Part shown: one piece after another, positions 1-9,730 of the stretch
Position numbering within the stretch: position 1 is the stretch's first letter
Layout of the letters: each line of letters starts with the position of its first letter
NCBI GenBank assembly: GCA_035531435.1
Contig: DATKSW010000041.1
Span: forward strand, 2,858-66,857
Source: Steroidobacteraceae bacterium
GTDB taxonomy: Bacteria; Pseudomonadota; Gammaproteobacteria; Steroidobacterales; Steroidobacteraceae
DNA length: 64,000 nucleotides
Direction: 5' to 3'
Program-made: the position numbers and the translations under genes
Notes under the pieces: model-generated
What the model was told of the DNA's origin: nothing
What the model saw: only the letters and a program-made list of their open reading frames with translations
Databases searched by the model: none

Positions 1-282
1 TCGTCACCTGCCACGGCGAGCTCGGCAGAGTCGGGCCGGCCGCGGTCGCCTGGCCATGACCTTGACCTTGACCAGGCGGTTCAGATGATCGCGATCGGGT
101 TGATCGGAGAGCCGGTTCCGCTGGGCAGCCGCAGCGGCGCCATGACCGACACCCAGGTCTCGTTCGGCACCGTGATCTTCCAGGCCCTCCGCCCGGCACC
201 CGCTCCCGCCTCCGCAACGGCCCCCCAGGTCCGCGTAGTGGTCGCTGCCGCCCCGCACCCGCCTGCAAGGCACCCCAGCTAA
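1..282 (+). CDS. 3' end of an unidentified CDS (alternatively a 65-aa ORF from ATG 85)
   Basis: Frame +1 is open from the window edge to TAA 280-282. Third codon positions are strongly G/C biased. No family recognised. Confidence 0.3.
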   Translation, partial: SSPATASSAESGRPRSPGHDLDLDQAVQMIAIGLIGEPVPLGSRSGAMTDTQVSFGTVIFQALRPAPAPASATAPQVRVVVAAAPHPPARHPS

Positions 283-417
283 GGCTGACCTACCGAGGCG
301 CCGGCGCAACCAGAGGCAGCGACTTCGGCGCCGTCGTCATCCGCGACGTCAGCCCCGCTCCCTGCACCCTGTCCGGCCTGCTTCGGATACAAGGCGTCAG
401 CGGCACGGGCCGTCCGG

Positions 418-3270
418 TCACGAACGCGTTTGGCGGCCCCGGTCAAGAATCTTCGCCAGGAACTGCCCGGTATAGCTCGTCTCGATCTTCGCAACCTGCT
501 CCGGCGGCCCGGTTGCGATGACCTTCCCGCCACGCGACCCGCCTTCAGGCCCGAGATCGATCACCCAGTCCGCGGTCTTGATGACGTCCAGGTTGTGCTC
601 GATCACGATCACCGTGTTGCCGCCGTCGACGAGCCTGCCCAGCACGCCGAGCAGCTTGCGGATGTCGTCGAAGTGCAGGCCGGTCGTCGGCTCGTCGAAC
701 AGGAACAACGAGCCCTGCGCCTGCGGCCGGTTCGCGGCGGCGTGCGTCGCTAGATGCGCCGCGAGTTTGAGCCGTTGCGCTTCGCCGCCGGAGAGCGTCG
801 GCACAGCTTGCCCCAGGCGCAGGTATTCCAGACCGACCTCGGCGAGCGGCCGCAGACGCACGCATACTTCGCGATCCGCCGCGAAGCACTCGAGCGCCTC
901 GGACACGGTCAGATCGAGCACGTCGGCGATGCTTAAGGGCGCGCGGCCGGCCATTGGCAGCTTCACCTGCAGAACTTCGCCGCGGTAGCGCCTACCGGCG
1001 CAGTCCGGGCATCGCAGGTAGACGTCGGCGAGGAATTGCATCTCGACGTGCTCGAAGCCGTTGCCGCCGCAGCCCGGACAGCGGCCGGTGCCCGCGTTGA
1101 AGCTGAAGGTCCCGGCGGTATATTTTCGAGCGCGCGCGTCGGGCAACTGCGCGAAGCGCTTGCGGATCGCGTCGAAGGCGCCGACATAGCTCGCCGGGTT
1201 GGAACGCGTGGTGCGGCCGATCGGGCTTTGGTCGACCATGACGACATCGTCTATCAAATCGCTGCCGATGAGTTTGCGGTGCGCGCCGGGGCCGTCCGTC
1301 GACCGGCCCTTCGCCCGCAACAGCGCCTTGTAGAGCACGTCGTGTACCAAAGTCGATTTGCCAGAACCGCTGACCCCGGTCACGCAGACTAGCCGCTGCA
1401 GGGGAATGTCGACGTCCAAATCGCGCAGATTGTGCTCCCTCGCACCCTCGATTCGCAGCGCCGCGCCCTCGATTCGCAGCGCCACGCGGTCGCCGGCGTA
1501 TTCCCGAGGAGTGGGCGCCGCCGCGCCGGTGTGTTTGCGGCCGAACAAATAGTCGGCCGTCAGGGATTTGCCGGTTGCGGCAAAATCCTCGACGCTGCCG
1601 AAAAACACGATCTCGCCGCCGCGTTCTCCGGGGCCCGGCCCCATATCGAGCACGCGGTCCGCCGCCAACATGATCTGCGGATCGTGTTCGACGACCAGCA
1701 GAGTGTTGCCGGCGTCGCGCAGCCGGCGCATGACGGCGGTGATGCGCTCGACGTCGCGCGCGTGCAGTCCGATCGACGGTTCGTCGAGTACGAACAGGGT
1801 ATTGACGAGCGAGGTGCCGAGCGCGGTCGTCAGGTTGATGCGCTGCGCCTCGCCGCCAGAGAGGGTGCGCGACTGGCGGTCCAGGCTTAAGTATCCGAGG
1901 CCTACGTCGACCAGATACCGCAGCCGCGTGCGGATTTCCGCGAGCAGCAGTTCGACGGCTTGGTCGCGCGGCTTCGGCAGCCGCAGATTTTGGAAGAACG
2001 CGGCGCAGCGTTCGATCGACATCAGCAGCAATTCGTGGATGTCGGCGCCGGGGTCGCCGACGCGCCACAGCAGCGCCTCGGCTTTGAGCCGCGCGCCGCC
2101 GCAGGAAGCGCACTCGCTGTACGAGCGATACCGCGACAGCAGCACGCGGATGTGCATCTTGTACGCCTTGGTCTCGAGCCATGCGAAAAAACGGCGCACG
2201 CCGTACCAGACATTGCGTGTCCATGCGCCTTCGCCGTCGATGACCCAGGCGCGCTCGGCCGGCGAAAGATCCCGCCACGGTGTGTCGATCGGCACGCCGC
2301 GTCTACGCGCAAACCGCAGCAGATCCGACTGGCACTCGGCGTAGGACTTCGTCTGCCACGGCTTGACGGCGCCCCGGCGCAGACTCAAGTCGTGGTCCGG
2401 GATGACCAGTCCGTAGTCGACGCCGATCGTACGTCCGAAGCCGCGGCAGGATTCGCAGGCGCCGAGCGGCGAGTTGAAGCTGAAGTTGCTCGGCAGCGGT
2501 TCGCCGTAGGAGATATCGCAGTCGGGGCAGTGCAGGCCGGTCGAGAAGCGCCACGGCGGCAACGCGTCTTTGGCGGTGGTGACCGCGTAGACGTCGAGCT
2601 TGCCATTTCCGAGCCGCAAAGCGGCTTCGAGGGCTTCGGTTCGGCGCGCATCGTCGGCGAGTGACCAGCGGAAGCGGTCTTGTACGACCTGCAGCGACCG
2701 CTCGCGCTCCTGGTGTATGCGCGTGTAGCCCTGGCGTTCGAGCAGCGCGAGTATTTCCGGCGCGGAGAAATTCGGCGGCACCGGCACCGGAAAGGTCACG
2801 ATGAGCCGCGGGTCGCCGTGCGCGTGCGCGCGCTTCGCGAGTTCCTCGCGGATGCTCTCGACCGTATCGCGCCGCACGCGCCGGCGGCAATTGCGGCAAT
2901 AGAGGTCGGCGGCCCGTGCAAACAGCAGTTTCAAATGATCGTTCAGTTCGGTCATCGTGCCGACCGTCGAGCGCGAGGTACGCACCGGATTGTTCTGCTC
3001 GATCTTGATGGCCGGCGGGATGCCGTCGATTCGATCGACCTGCGGCTTGTCCATGCGGTCCAGGAATTGCCGCGCGTAAGGCGAGAAGGTCTCGACGTAG
3101 CGGCGCTGGCCTTCCGCGTAGAGCGTGTCGAACACCAGCGATGATTTACCCGAACCGCTGACGCCGGTGACGACGATCAGCGCGCGCAGCGGCAGATCGA
3201 GATCGAGGTTCTTGAGATTGTTCTGGCGGGCGCCGCGGATGCGGATCGCCTCTGCGTCAACGTCCGGCAA
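418..3270 (-). CDS. UvrA-family ABC ATPase (excinuclease subunit A paralogue, divergent)
   Basis: 950 aa with two Walker A motifs (GVSGSGKSSL, GVSGSGKSTL), two LSGGEAQR signatures and the zinc-module cysteines typical of UvrA. The N-terminus IRIRGARQNNLKNL aligns to UvrA. TTG start. Confidence 0.85.
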   Translation of the reverse strand: MPDVDAEAIRIRGARQNNLKNLDLDLPLRALIVVTGVSGSGKSSLVFDTLYAEGQRRYVETFSPYARQFLDRMDKPQVDRIDGIPPAIKIEQNNPVRTSRSTVGTMTELNDHLKLLFARAADLYCRNCRRRVRRDTVESIREELAKRAHAHGDPRLIVTFPVPVPPNFSAPEILALLERQGYTRIHQERERSLQVVQDRFRWSLADDARRTEALEAALRLGNGKLDVYAVTTAKDALPPWRFSTGLHCPDCDISYGEPLPSNFSFNSPLGACESCRGFGRTIGVDYGLVIPDHDLSLRRGAVKPWQTKSYAECQSDLLRFARRRGVPIDTPWRDLSPAERAWVIDGEGAWTRNVWYGVRRFFAWLETKAYKMHIRVLLSRYRSYSECASCGGARLKAEALLWRVGDPGADIHELLLMSIERCAAFFQNLRLPKPRDQAVELLLAEIRTRLRYLVDVGLGYLSLDRQSRTLSGGEAQRINLTTALGTSLVNTLFVLDEPSIGLHARDVERITAVMRRLRDAGNTLLVVEHDPQIMLAADRVLDMGPGPGERGGEIVFFGSVEDFAATGKSLTADYLFGRKHTGAAAPTPREYAGDRVALRIEGAALRIEGAREHNLRDLDVDIPLQRLVCVTGVSGSGKSTLVHDVLYKALLRAKGRSTDGPGAHRKLIGSDLIDDVVMVDQSPIGRTTRSNPASYVGAFDAIRKRFAQLPDARARKYTAGTFSFNAGTGRCPGCGGNGFEHVEMQFLADVYLRCPDCAGRRYRGEVLQVKLPMAGRAPLSIADVLDLTVSEALECFAADREVCVRLRPLAEVGLEYLRLGQAVPTLSGGEAQRLKLAAHLATHAAANRPQAQGSLFLFDEPTTGLHFDDIRKLLGVLGRLVDGGNTVIVIEHNLDVIKTADWVIDLGPEGGSRGGKVIATGPPEQVAKIETSYTGQFLAKILDRGRQTRS

Positions 3271-3532
3271 ACTGTTCCATCATGAGGCCGGTGCCGCCCC
3301 GGGTCACGTGCGCAACGACGGCCGTGCGGCGATGGATCTTGGTCACCAGGCCTAAATTGATCGCAAAAGCGAGATGTACCTGTTGTCCCTTGCGCAGTCC
3401 GAGATTTTCGGTCTCGACGAATACGCCGCTCGCGCTCAGGTTTTTCGCCCTGCAAATCCGGCTCTTTCGCCCCGGCATCACGACGTATACGGTCGTACGC
3501 GCGCGATGGCGAGTGTGCAGGCGACGCTCCAT
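3257..3532 (-). CDS. PilZ-domain protein (c-di-GMP receptor type)
   Basis: 91 aa with RLHTR (RxxxR) and NLSASG (D/NxSxxG) motifs. Its stop lies 14 nt inside the downstream UvrA-like ORF. Confidence 0.75.
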   Translation of the reverse strand: MERRLHTRHRARTTVYVVMPGRKSRICRAKNLSASGVFVETENLGLRKGQQVHLAFAINLGLVTKIHRRTAVVAHVTRGGTGLMMEQFAGR

Positions 3533-3754
3533 CCGTGCAGATCCCTTATTTTGTCATTGCTGCGAGCCCGCATTATGCACACCGATGCCGATCGAGCGAA
3601 AGGGCGCGCCATGGCCCTTGCTTATGTCCAATCGGTCGAGGCGCTGCGCGCCGCAGCGCCGGTGATTGCAGGCATCGACAGCGCTGCGGCATGGCAGCTC
3701 CAGAAATTTCAATGACTTGGCCGGCGCGCGGGCGTCCCCTTGGGATTGCGCGGC

Positions 3755-4237
3755 TCAAGTGTGGTGGCCGCCGGCGCTATGCACGTGGCCGTGTGCGAGT
3801 TCCTCGGCCGTCGCCTCGCGCACGCCGACGACCTGCACGTCGAAATGCAAAGTCCGATCGGCGAGCGGATGGTTGCCGTCGAGCGTGACCATGTCGCCGG
3901 CGAGCGCGGCAACGGTGAACATGCGCATGCCGCCTTCGGTGCGCGCCTGGAAGCGCATGCCTTTCTTGATTTCGCCGGCGCCCTGCAGAGCTCGTTTAGG
4001 CACGCGCTGGAGCAGCGCATCGTCGCGCATCCCATAGCCTTGCGCCGGCGGCACGACGACGGCTAGCGTGTGACCCTGTTGCTTGCCCTCGAGCGCCTTT
4101 TCCAATCCGGCGACCAGAATGCCGTGCCCTTGGATATAGGCAAGCGGCTCGCCGCCCGCGGAGCTGTCCAAGATCTCGCCGTGATCATCCTTCAGCGTGT
4201 AGTGAATGGTGACCACACGGTCCGCCGCAATTTCCAC
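3755..4237 (-). CDS. slyD: FKBP-type peptidyl-prolyl isomerase SlyD
   Basis: Collinear with E. coli SlyD (LQRVPK..., DGNHPLA, REATAEELAHGHVH, short His-rich tail). GTG start at 4237 preceded by GGAGG. The ORF-track N-terminal extension was rejected. Confidence 0.85.
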   Translation of the reverse strand: MEIAADRVVTIHYTLKDDHGEILDSSAGGEPLAYIQGHGILVAGLEKALEGKQQGHTLAVVVPPAQGYGMRDDALLQRVPKRALQGAGEIKKGMRFQARTEGGMRMFTVAALAGDMVTLDGNHPLADRTLHFDVQVVGVREATAEELAHGHVHSAGGHHT

Positions 4238-4293
4238 GTTAGTGCCTCCGAAACATCGATTGTCCGCCGCGCCGGCGCGCCCGTACCCCGCTA

Positions 4294-5613
4294 TCACGCC
4301 AGCCTCGCCTCGAGATCGTAGGCACCGGCCGCGACGATCAGCACTTGCGCGAAGTTGCCGACCGGCAATGCGCCGCCATCGACAATGCGCACGATGCCGT
4401 CGATCTCCGGGGCGTCGGCACTCGATCTGGCGATTGCCGCGCCGCCTTCGATCCGATCGACGAGGACCTGCATGCGGCGGCCGATCTTCTGCGCGAGCCG
4501 CCGCGCACTGATCTCGGCGCTGCGTTCCATGAAGCGCGCACGCCGTTCGCTCTTGACTTGCGGCGCAATCTTCGCTTCAGCAAGCGCGTTGGCCGCGGCG
4601 CCGGCGACCGCCGAGTACTCGAAACAGCCGACGCGATCGAGCTTTGCGGCGTCGAGCCAATCGAGCAACTGCTGGAAATCCGCCTCCGTCTCGCCGGGGA
4701 AGCCGACGATGAACGTGCTGCGAATCGCGATGTCCGGCACGAGCGTTCGCCAGGCCGCGATCCGCTGCAGGGTGTTCTGCGCGGCGGCGGGGCGCTTCAT
4801 CAGCTTCAAGATCCGTGGGCTCGCGTGCTGAAATGGAATGTCGAGATACGGCAGAACGCGCCCTTCGGTCATCAATTCGACGACCTCGTCGACATGCGGA
4901 TACGGGTACACGTAGTGCAGGCGAATCCATATTCCGAGTTCGCCGAGCGCCGCGGCAAGATCACAGAAATGCGCGCGCCGCTCGCGCTCTCGCCAGGTCT
5001 GGCTCGCGTATTTCAGGTCGACGCCGTAGGCGCTGGTGTCCTGCGATATGACCAGGATCTCCTTGACGCCGGCGCGCGCGAGCCGCTCCGCCTCGCACAG
5101 CACCTCGCCGATCGGTCGACTGTGCAGATCGCCGCGCATCGACGGGATGATGCAGAAGCTGCAGCGGTGATTGCAGCCCTCGGAGATCTTCAGGTACGCG
5201 TAATGGCGCGGCGTCAGTTTCACGCCTTCGGCCGGAATCAGGTCCAGGAACGGTTCGTGCTTCGGCGGCAGGTAGCGGTGCACCGATTCGACCACCTCTT
5301 CGTAGCGCTGCGGCCCGGTGATCTTCAATACCTGCGGGTGCCGATCGAGAATCTTCTGCGGCTGCGCGCCCAGGCAGCCGGTGACGATCACTTTGCCGTT
5401 CTCGGCGAGCGCTTCGCCGATCGCATCCAGCGATTCGTCGACGGCGGCGTCGATGAATCCGCAGGTGTTGACTACGACCAGATCCGCGGCGCGGTAGCTC
5501 GCCGCAACTTCATAGCCTTCCGCGCGCAGGCGCGTGAGGATTCTCTCCGAATCCACCAGGGCCTTGGGGCATCCTAAACTGACAAAGCCCACTTTCGGGC
5601 TCTTGCGGAGCAT
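4294..5613 (-). CDS. rimO: Ribosomal protein S12 methylthiotransferase RimO
   Basis: [20 protein letters not shown]-terminus, radical-SAM CNHRCSFC motif, TRAM-like C-terminus. ATG 5613 chosen; TTG 5622 is also possible. Confidence 0.9.
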   Translation of the reverse strand: MLRKSPKVGFVSLGCPKALVDSERILTRLRAEGYEVAASYRAADLVVVNTCGFIDAAVDESLDAIGEALAENGKVIVTGCLGAQPQKILDRHPQVLKITGPQRYEEVVESVHRYLPPKHEPFLDLIPAEGVKLTPRHYAYLKISEGCNHRCSFCIIPSMRGDLHSRPIGEVLCEAERLARAGVKEILVISQDTSAYGVDLKYASQTWRERERRAHFCDLAAALGELGIWIRLHYVYPYPHVDEVVELMTEGRVLPYLDIPFQHASPRILKLMKRPAAAQNTLQRIAAWRTLVPDIAIRSTFIVGFPGETEADFQQLLDWLDAAKLDRVGCFEYSAVAGAAANALAEAKIAPQVKSERRARFMERSAEISARRLAQKIGRRMQVLVDRIEGGAAIARSSADAPEIDGIVRIVDGGALPVGNFAQVLIVAAGAYDLEARLA

Positions 5614-5692
5614 CGTTTTCAAGCTGATCGGCGGCCTGGCGGGGCGGGGGCGGAATTGTACTGCAAAACGGCCGCCCGCGGGCGCCGCGCAG

Positions 5693-6427
5693 TCAGGCCA
5701 GGCCGCCGCCGACCGCGATGATCTGCCCGGTGATGTAGGCGGCGTCCTCGGAGGCGAGATAGGCGGCGAGGCTGGCCACTTCCGCGGCCGTGCCGGCGCG
5801 CTTCATCGGCACGATCTCGGTGATGCGCGCGGCATCGAATGCGGCGCCGCTCATCGCGGTGGCGATGACGCCGGGCGCGACCGCGTTGACGGTGATGCCG
5901 CGGCTCGCGACCTCCAGGCTCAAGGACTTGGTGGCCGCATGCAGCGCGCCCTTGGCCGCCGAGTAATTGACCTGTCCACGGTTGCCGATCAGCGCCGCGA
6001 TCGAGGTGATGGTGATAATGCGTCCCCAGCGGGTTCGGATCATCGGCAACATCAGCGGCTGGGTGACGTGATAAAAGCCGTTGACCGACACGTCGATGAC
6101 GCGGTGCCACTGTTCCGCGTTCATGCCGGGAAATGCCGCGTCGTCGTGAATGCCGGCATTGTTTACGAGAATTTGGACCGCCGCCTCCTCGGCCAGGGGT
6201 GCGAGCGCCGCGTGCGTCTCGGCCGCGTCGGTCACATCGAACTTGATCGCCCGCGCCCGGCCGCCGGCGGCGCGAATCTCCGCGGCCAGGGCTTCGGCCG
6301 CGGCGATGCCGCGGTTCGCGTGCACGTAGACCTCGTGCCCGGCACGCGCCAGGCGCCGGCAAATCGCGGCGCCGATGCCGCCGCTGCCGCCGGTGACCAG
6401 TGCGCGTCTGCGAATTTCGTCCGTCAA
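5693..6427 (-). CDS. 3-oxoacyl-ACP reductase (FabG/ApeQ-like SDR)
   Basis: TGGSGGIG Rossmann motif, NNAG, YSAAK catalytic motif. TTG start overlaps the upstream stop. Confidence 0.85.
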   Translation of the reverse strand: MTDEIRRRALVTGGSGGIGAAICRRLARAGHEVYVHANRGIAAAEALAAEIRAAGGRARAIKFDVTDAAETHAALAPLAEEAAVQILVNNAGIHDDAAFPGMNAEQWHRVIDVSVNGFYHVTQPLMLPMIRTRWGRIITITSIAALIGNRGQVNYSAAKGALHAATKSLSLEVASRGITVNAVAPGVIATAMSGAAFDAARITEIVPMKRAGTAAEVASLAAYLASEDAAYITGQIIAVGGGLA

Positions 6428-6885
6428 TCGAACCTCCCTTCCCCGTGGAGCACGATCGCCACCCGGCCGCTGGCGAGCGGCGGCCGCGCCACGGCGGCGC
6501 CGTCCACGGAAACCGAGAATTCATACAGGGCGGTGGCGCCGTCGCCGGCGATGCGGCTCGCCTCGCAGATCAGGTCGGCGTCCAAGTCGTCGAGTCGCAG
6601 CGAGCCGAGGGCCACGTCGCGCAGGCTCGCAAGATAGCCGCTGCGCGCAGCGCGGCCCGCGGCCGGCGCAACCAGCGCGCCGTGCACGGCGATCGCTTGC
6701 GCCGCGTATTCGATCGCGCATGCGCCGCCGAGGCGGCCGTAGGCGCGCAACGGATTATCGGCGCGGCGGTGCGTGCCGCTGCGGCAGCGGATGCCGCCTG
6801 CGCTCCAGTCGAGCACCTCCTCGAGCAGGCACATCCGCCCGGCGTGCGGGATGCGGGCGGCGATCCATTCGCGGTCTAAGCGCAC
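6424..6885 (-). CDS. Hotdog-fold dehydratase (ApeI-like)
   Basis: IPHAGRMCLLEEV...AIEYAAQAIAVHGAL pattern typical of aryl-polyene cluster dehydratases. GTG start at 6885. The upstream part of the 397-aa track ORF is Arg-rich artefact. Confidence 0.7.
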   Translation of the reverse strand: MRLDREWIAARIPHAGRMCLLEEVLDWSAGGIRCRSGTHRRADNPLRAYGRLGGACAIEYAAQAIAVHGALVAPAAGRAARSGYLASLRDVALGSLRLDDLDADLICEASRIAGDGATALYEFSVSVDGAAVARPPLASGRVAIVLHGEGRFD

Positions 6886-7673
6886 GGCAGTACCTCGACC
6901 CGCAGGCGCAGCGCATCCAGATAATCGATGACCGTGCGGCTCGGCTCGGGGTTTGCCAGCGCCTGCAGCAGCGGCAGGCTGCGCGCCGCCGGAATCGCGG
7001 TGCGCAGCGCTTCGAGCCCGCCGTCCGCCAGGCGCTGCGCCGCATCCTCGCCGAGAGCCGCGTCGATGCGCGCGATGGTTCTCTCGCTGCGCGCCGCCGA
7101 CAATACCAGCGCCACGCCGAAGGCGTCGGGAATGGGACGCTTCGCATGCAGCGGCGGCGGATACTCGGTGTCGTATGCAACCAGCAGCAGCGGCTGGCGA
7201 TCCACGGCGATCTGCGCGAGCGCATCGAGCAGCGCCGCCGCGAAGCTCGCGTCGTATGCGCAGAGCATATTCGAGGCCTGCATGGCGCCGACGGCGATGC
7301 TCCAATATCCGGAGGCCGCGTTCTGCACGGAATTGGAAAATCTGGTGGGCGATATCTCGCGATCGGCGGCGGCCAGCGCAAGGCAAATTTCGTGGCAGTT
7401 GTGCCCGTCTCCGCCGGAGGAAGAAAATACGCTGGCGAGCCGGCGCGGCTCGACGCCGGCGTGCGCGGTCGCTTCCAGCGCAACGGCGATCGCGAGTTTG
7501 ACGACTCGGCCGGTTCTGCGCCGTTCCGCCGCGGGCAGGATCGCCGGCGCCGGCAGAACCGCCGCGGCCGGCGCGTAACGCCGGCCGCCGGCGAGCACGC
7601 GCGCGGCGCTCGGCCAATCCGCGAGGCCGGGCCCGAGCACACCGATGCCGTCGATGTAGGCCTGCAGGCTCAT
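6876..7673 (-). CDS. Ketosynthase chain-length-factor-like protein (KS N-terminal-like, no active-site Cys seen)
   Basis: MSLQAYIDGIGVLGPG..., FSNSVQNAASGYWSIA. ATGA overlap with the upstream KS stop (7670-7673). Confidence 0.7.
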   Translation of the reverse strand: MSLQAYIDGIGVLGPGLADWPSAARVLAGGRRYAPAAAVLPAPAILPAAERRRTGRVVKLAIAVALEATAHAGVEPRRLASVFSSSGGDGHNCHEICLALAAADREISPTRFSNSVQNAASGYWSIAVGAMQASNMLCAYDASFAAALLDALAQIAVDRQPLLLVAYDTEYPPPLHAKRPIPDAFGVALVLSAARSERTIARIDAALGEDAAQRLADGGLEALRTAIPAARSLPLLQALANPEPSRTVIDYLDALRLRVEVLPCA

Positions 7674-8863
7674 CCGGCTGTCGTGAATATCAAGCTGCAA
7701 TTGGCGCCGCCGAAGCCGAACGAATTGCTCAAGACGCGCCGCGCGCGCGCGCGCCGATTGCGCGTGATGTAGTGCACCGCGAGTCCGGGATCGACTTGAA
7801 CCGTCTGCGCGCCGCCGGGCAACAAGCCGTTTTGCAGACACAGCGCGCTGATGATTGCCTCGAGCGCACCGGCGGCGCCCAGGGTGTGGCCGGTCGCGCC
7901 CTTGGTCGAACTGCAGGGGACGGCGGATCCGAAGACACCGTGCACCGCACCGCTCTCGGCGCGGTCATTGCTCGGTGTGCCGGTGCCGTGCAGGTTGATG
8001 TAGTCGATCGCGCCTGGATCCAGTGACGCCGCCGACAAGGCCGCCCGCATCGCCAGCTGCGCACCGCGGCCCTGCGGATGCGGCGCCGACATATGATGCG
8101 CGTCGTTGGATTCGCCGGTCCCCGCCAACAGCACCGCATCGGACGCGAGGCTTTGCGGCACGCGCTCGAGCAGCGCGAATGCGGCGGCTTCGCCGATCGA
8201 CAAGCCGTCGCGCGCGACGTCGAACGGACGGCACGGCGCCGCGGCGAGCAGCTGCAATGAATGAAAGCCGTACAGCGTCGTCAAGCACAAGGAATCGACG
8301 CCGCCGACCAGCGCGGCATCGACGAGCCCGGCCTCGATCATGCGTCGCCCGGCGGCAAACGCCTTGGCGCTCGAGGCACAGGCGGCGGAGACGGCCGCCG
8401 CCGGTCCGTCGAGCCGCAGACGCCGGCGGACGTATTCGACCACGGAAAACGTGTTATGCGAGCCGCGGTAGTCGAACGCCTCCGGCAGGGTGCCGGTCAG
8501 CGGGTCGCGCTGCCGATAGGCGAGTTCCGTCTGCAGAATTCCCGCGGTGCTGGTTCCGAGGAACACGCCGACGCGCCGCGCCCCGTAGCGCGCCGCCGCA
8601 TCGCGCACCGCGTCGCAGAATCCGTCTTGCCGCAAGGCGAGTTCCGCCAGCCGATTGTTGCGGCAGTCGTAACGGCGCCATTCGTACGGCAGCGCTTGCG
8701 CATCGATGCCGGCAACCGCGCCGATGTGGGTGGCGAGCTCGACGGTCTCGAAATCGCAGCGGCGCAGCCCGCTGCGCTGCGTGCGCAGGGACACGAGCGT
8801 TTGCGCGAGTCCCCCGCCGATGCAGCTCGTTGCCGTGAATGCTTTGAGAAGTAGCGGCGTCAT
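7670..8863 (-). CDS. Beta-ketoacyl-ACP synthase (FabF/FabB-like)
   Basis: Active-site Cys context AACASSAKAF, HGTGTPSND and GHTLGAAG His motifs, C-terminal NSFGFGGANCSL. Confidence 0.9.
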   Translation of the reverse strand: MTPLLLKAFTATSCIGGGLAQTLVSLRTQRSGLRRCDFETVELATHIGAVAGIDAQALPYEWRRYDCRNNRLAELALRQDGFCDAVRDAAARYGARRVGVFLGTSTAGILQTELAYRQRDPLTGTLPEAFDYRGSHNTFSVVEYVRRRLRLDGPAAAVSAACASSAKAFAAGRRMIEAGLVDAALVGGVDSLCLTTLYGFHSLQLLAAAPCRPFDVARDGLSIGEAAAFALLERVPQSLASDAVLLAGTGESNDAHHMSAPHPQGRGAQLAMRAALSAASLDPGAIDYINLHGTGTPSNDRAESGAVHGVFGSAVPCSSTKGATGHTLGAAGALEAIISALCLQNGLLPGGAQTVQVDPGLAVHYITRNRRARARRVLSNSFGFGGANCSLIFTTAG

Positions 8864-8923
8864 CGTTGCTTTGCCATCAGCGAATCTTACCGCGGGCGCG
8901 CACGCCGCTGCGCGGATCTTCGC

Positions 8924-9730
8924 TCAAGGATCGGCGAGCGCCGAGCGCAGCGTGATCGGCTCAAGATTGCGCGCGCGCAGCGTTTCGAGCAAACGCGGCA
9001 GTACTTCCAGGATCACCGGTACGCCGCGCGCGCTGCGAGCCGCGTTGCCGTCGTGCAGCAGCAGGATGTCGCCGCCGCGCAGCGCGCCGGTCAAGCGCCG
9101 CAAGACGTCGTCCGGATGGCGATTGACCGTATCGAAGCCGCGCCGGCTCCAACTCACGAGGCGCAGCTGCAGCTTCGTCAGGACGGGCTCCAGGAACGGA
9201 TTGCGCAGCCCGGCGGGCGCCCGAAAGAAGCGCGGGCGGTCGCCGCACGCCGCGGCGATGCTGTCTTGGCCACGGGAGATTTCGGCGTAGATCATTTTCG
9301 GGCCGAGCAGGGAAAACGCCTTCGTATGCCGGTAGCCGTGATTTTCGATGGCGTGGCCGCGGTGGGCAATGTCCAGAGCGAGCGCCGCGTGGCGCTCGAC
9401 GCGCCGGCCTACGCAGAAAAACGTGGCGCTGGCGCCGTATTGCTGCAGAATCGACAGGACCCGCGGGGTGACTTCCGGGTCGGGCCCATCGTCGATGGTG
9501 ATCGCCACATGCCCGAGCTTGGCGCTCGCCGCGGGCAGCCGCGTCCAATTCGGACCGAGCAGCCGACTTTGCGGCCACAGGCCCGCGGTGGACAGCAGCA
9601 AATGATCGGCGACCAGCGCGCCGAGCGCGAACGGCCAACTCTGTGGACGCGCAAGCAGCGCGGCGCCGGCGCCCAGATGCAGCGCAATCGATGCGCGAAT
9701 CAATGGCGACGGCACATAGCGGCTACGCAT
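8924..9730 (-). CDS. Polysaccharide deacetylase (NodB homology) with N-terminal TM segments
   Basis: ITIDDGPDPEVTPRVL, ATFFCVG, ENHGYRH motifs. Confidence 0.8.
   Translation of the reverse strand: MRSRYVPSPLIRASIALHLGAGAALLARPQSWPFALGALVADHLLLSTAGLWPQSRLLGPNWTRLPAASAKLGHVAITIDDGPDPEVTPRVLSILQQYGASATFFCVGRRVERHAALALDIAHRGHAIENHGYRHTKAFSLLGPKMIYAEISRGQDSIAAACGDRPRFFRAPAGLRNPFLEPVLTKLQLRLVSWSRRGFDTVNRHPDDVLRRLTGALRGGDILLLHDGNAARSARGVPVILEVLPRLLETLRARNLEPITLRSALADP

Noticed and set aside
3533-3754. Search for a LexA/SOS box (CTGT-N8-ACAG type) upstream of the PilZ and UvrA-like unit.
   Set aside because: No match was seen by eye. The absence is noted as weak support that this is not the SOS-regulated housekeeping uvrA, but it is not evidence on its own.
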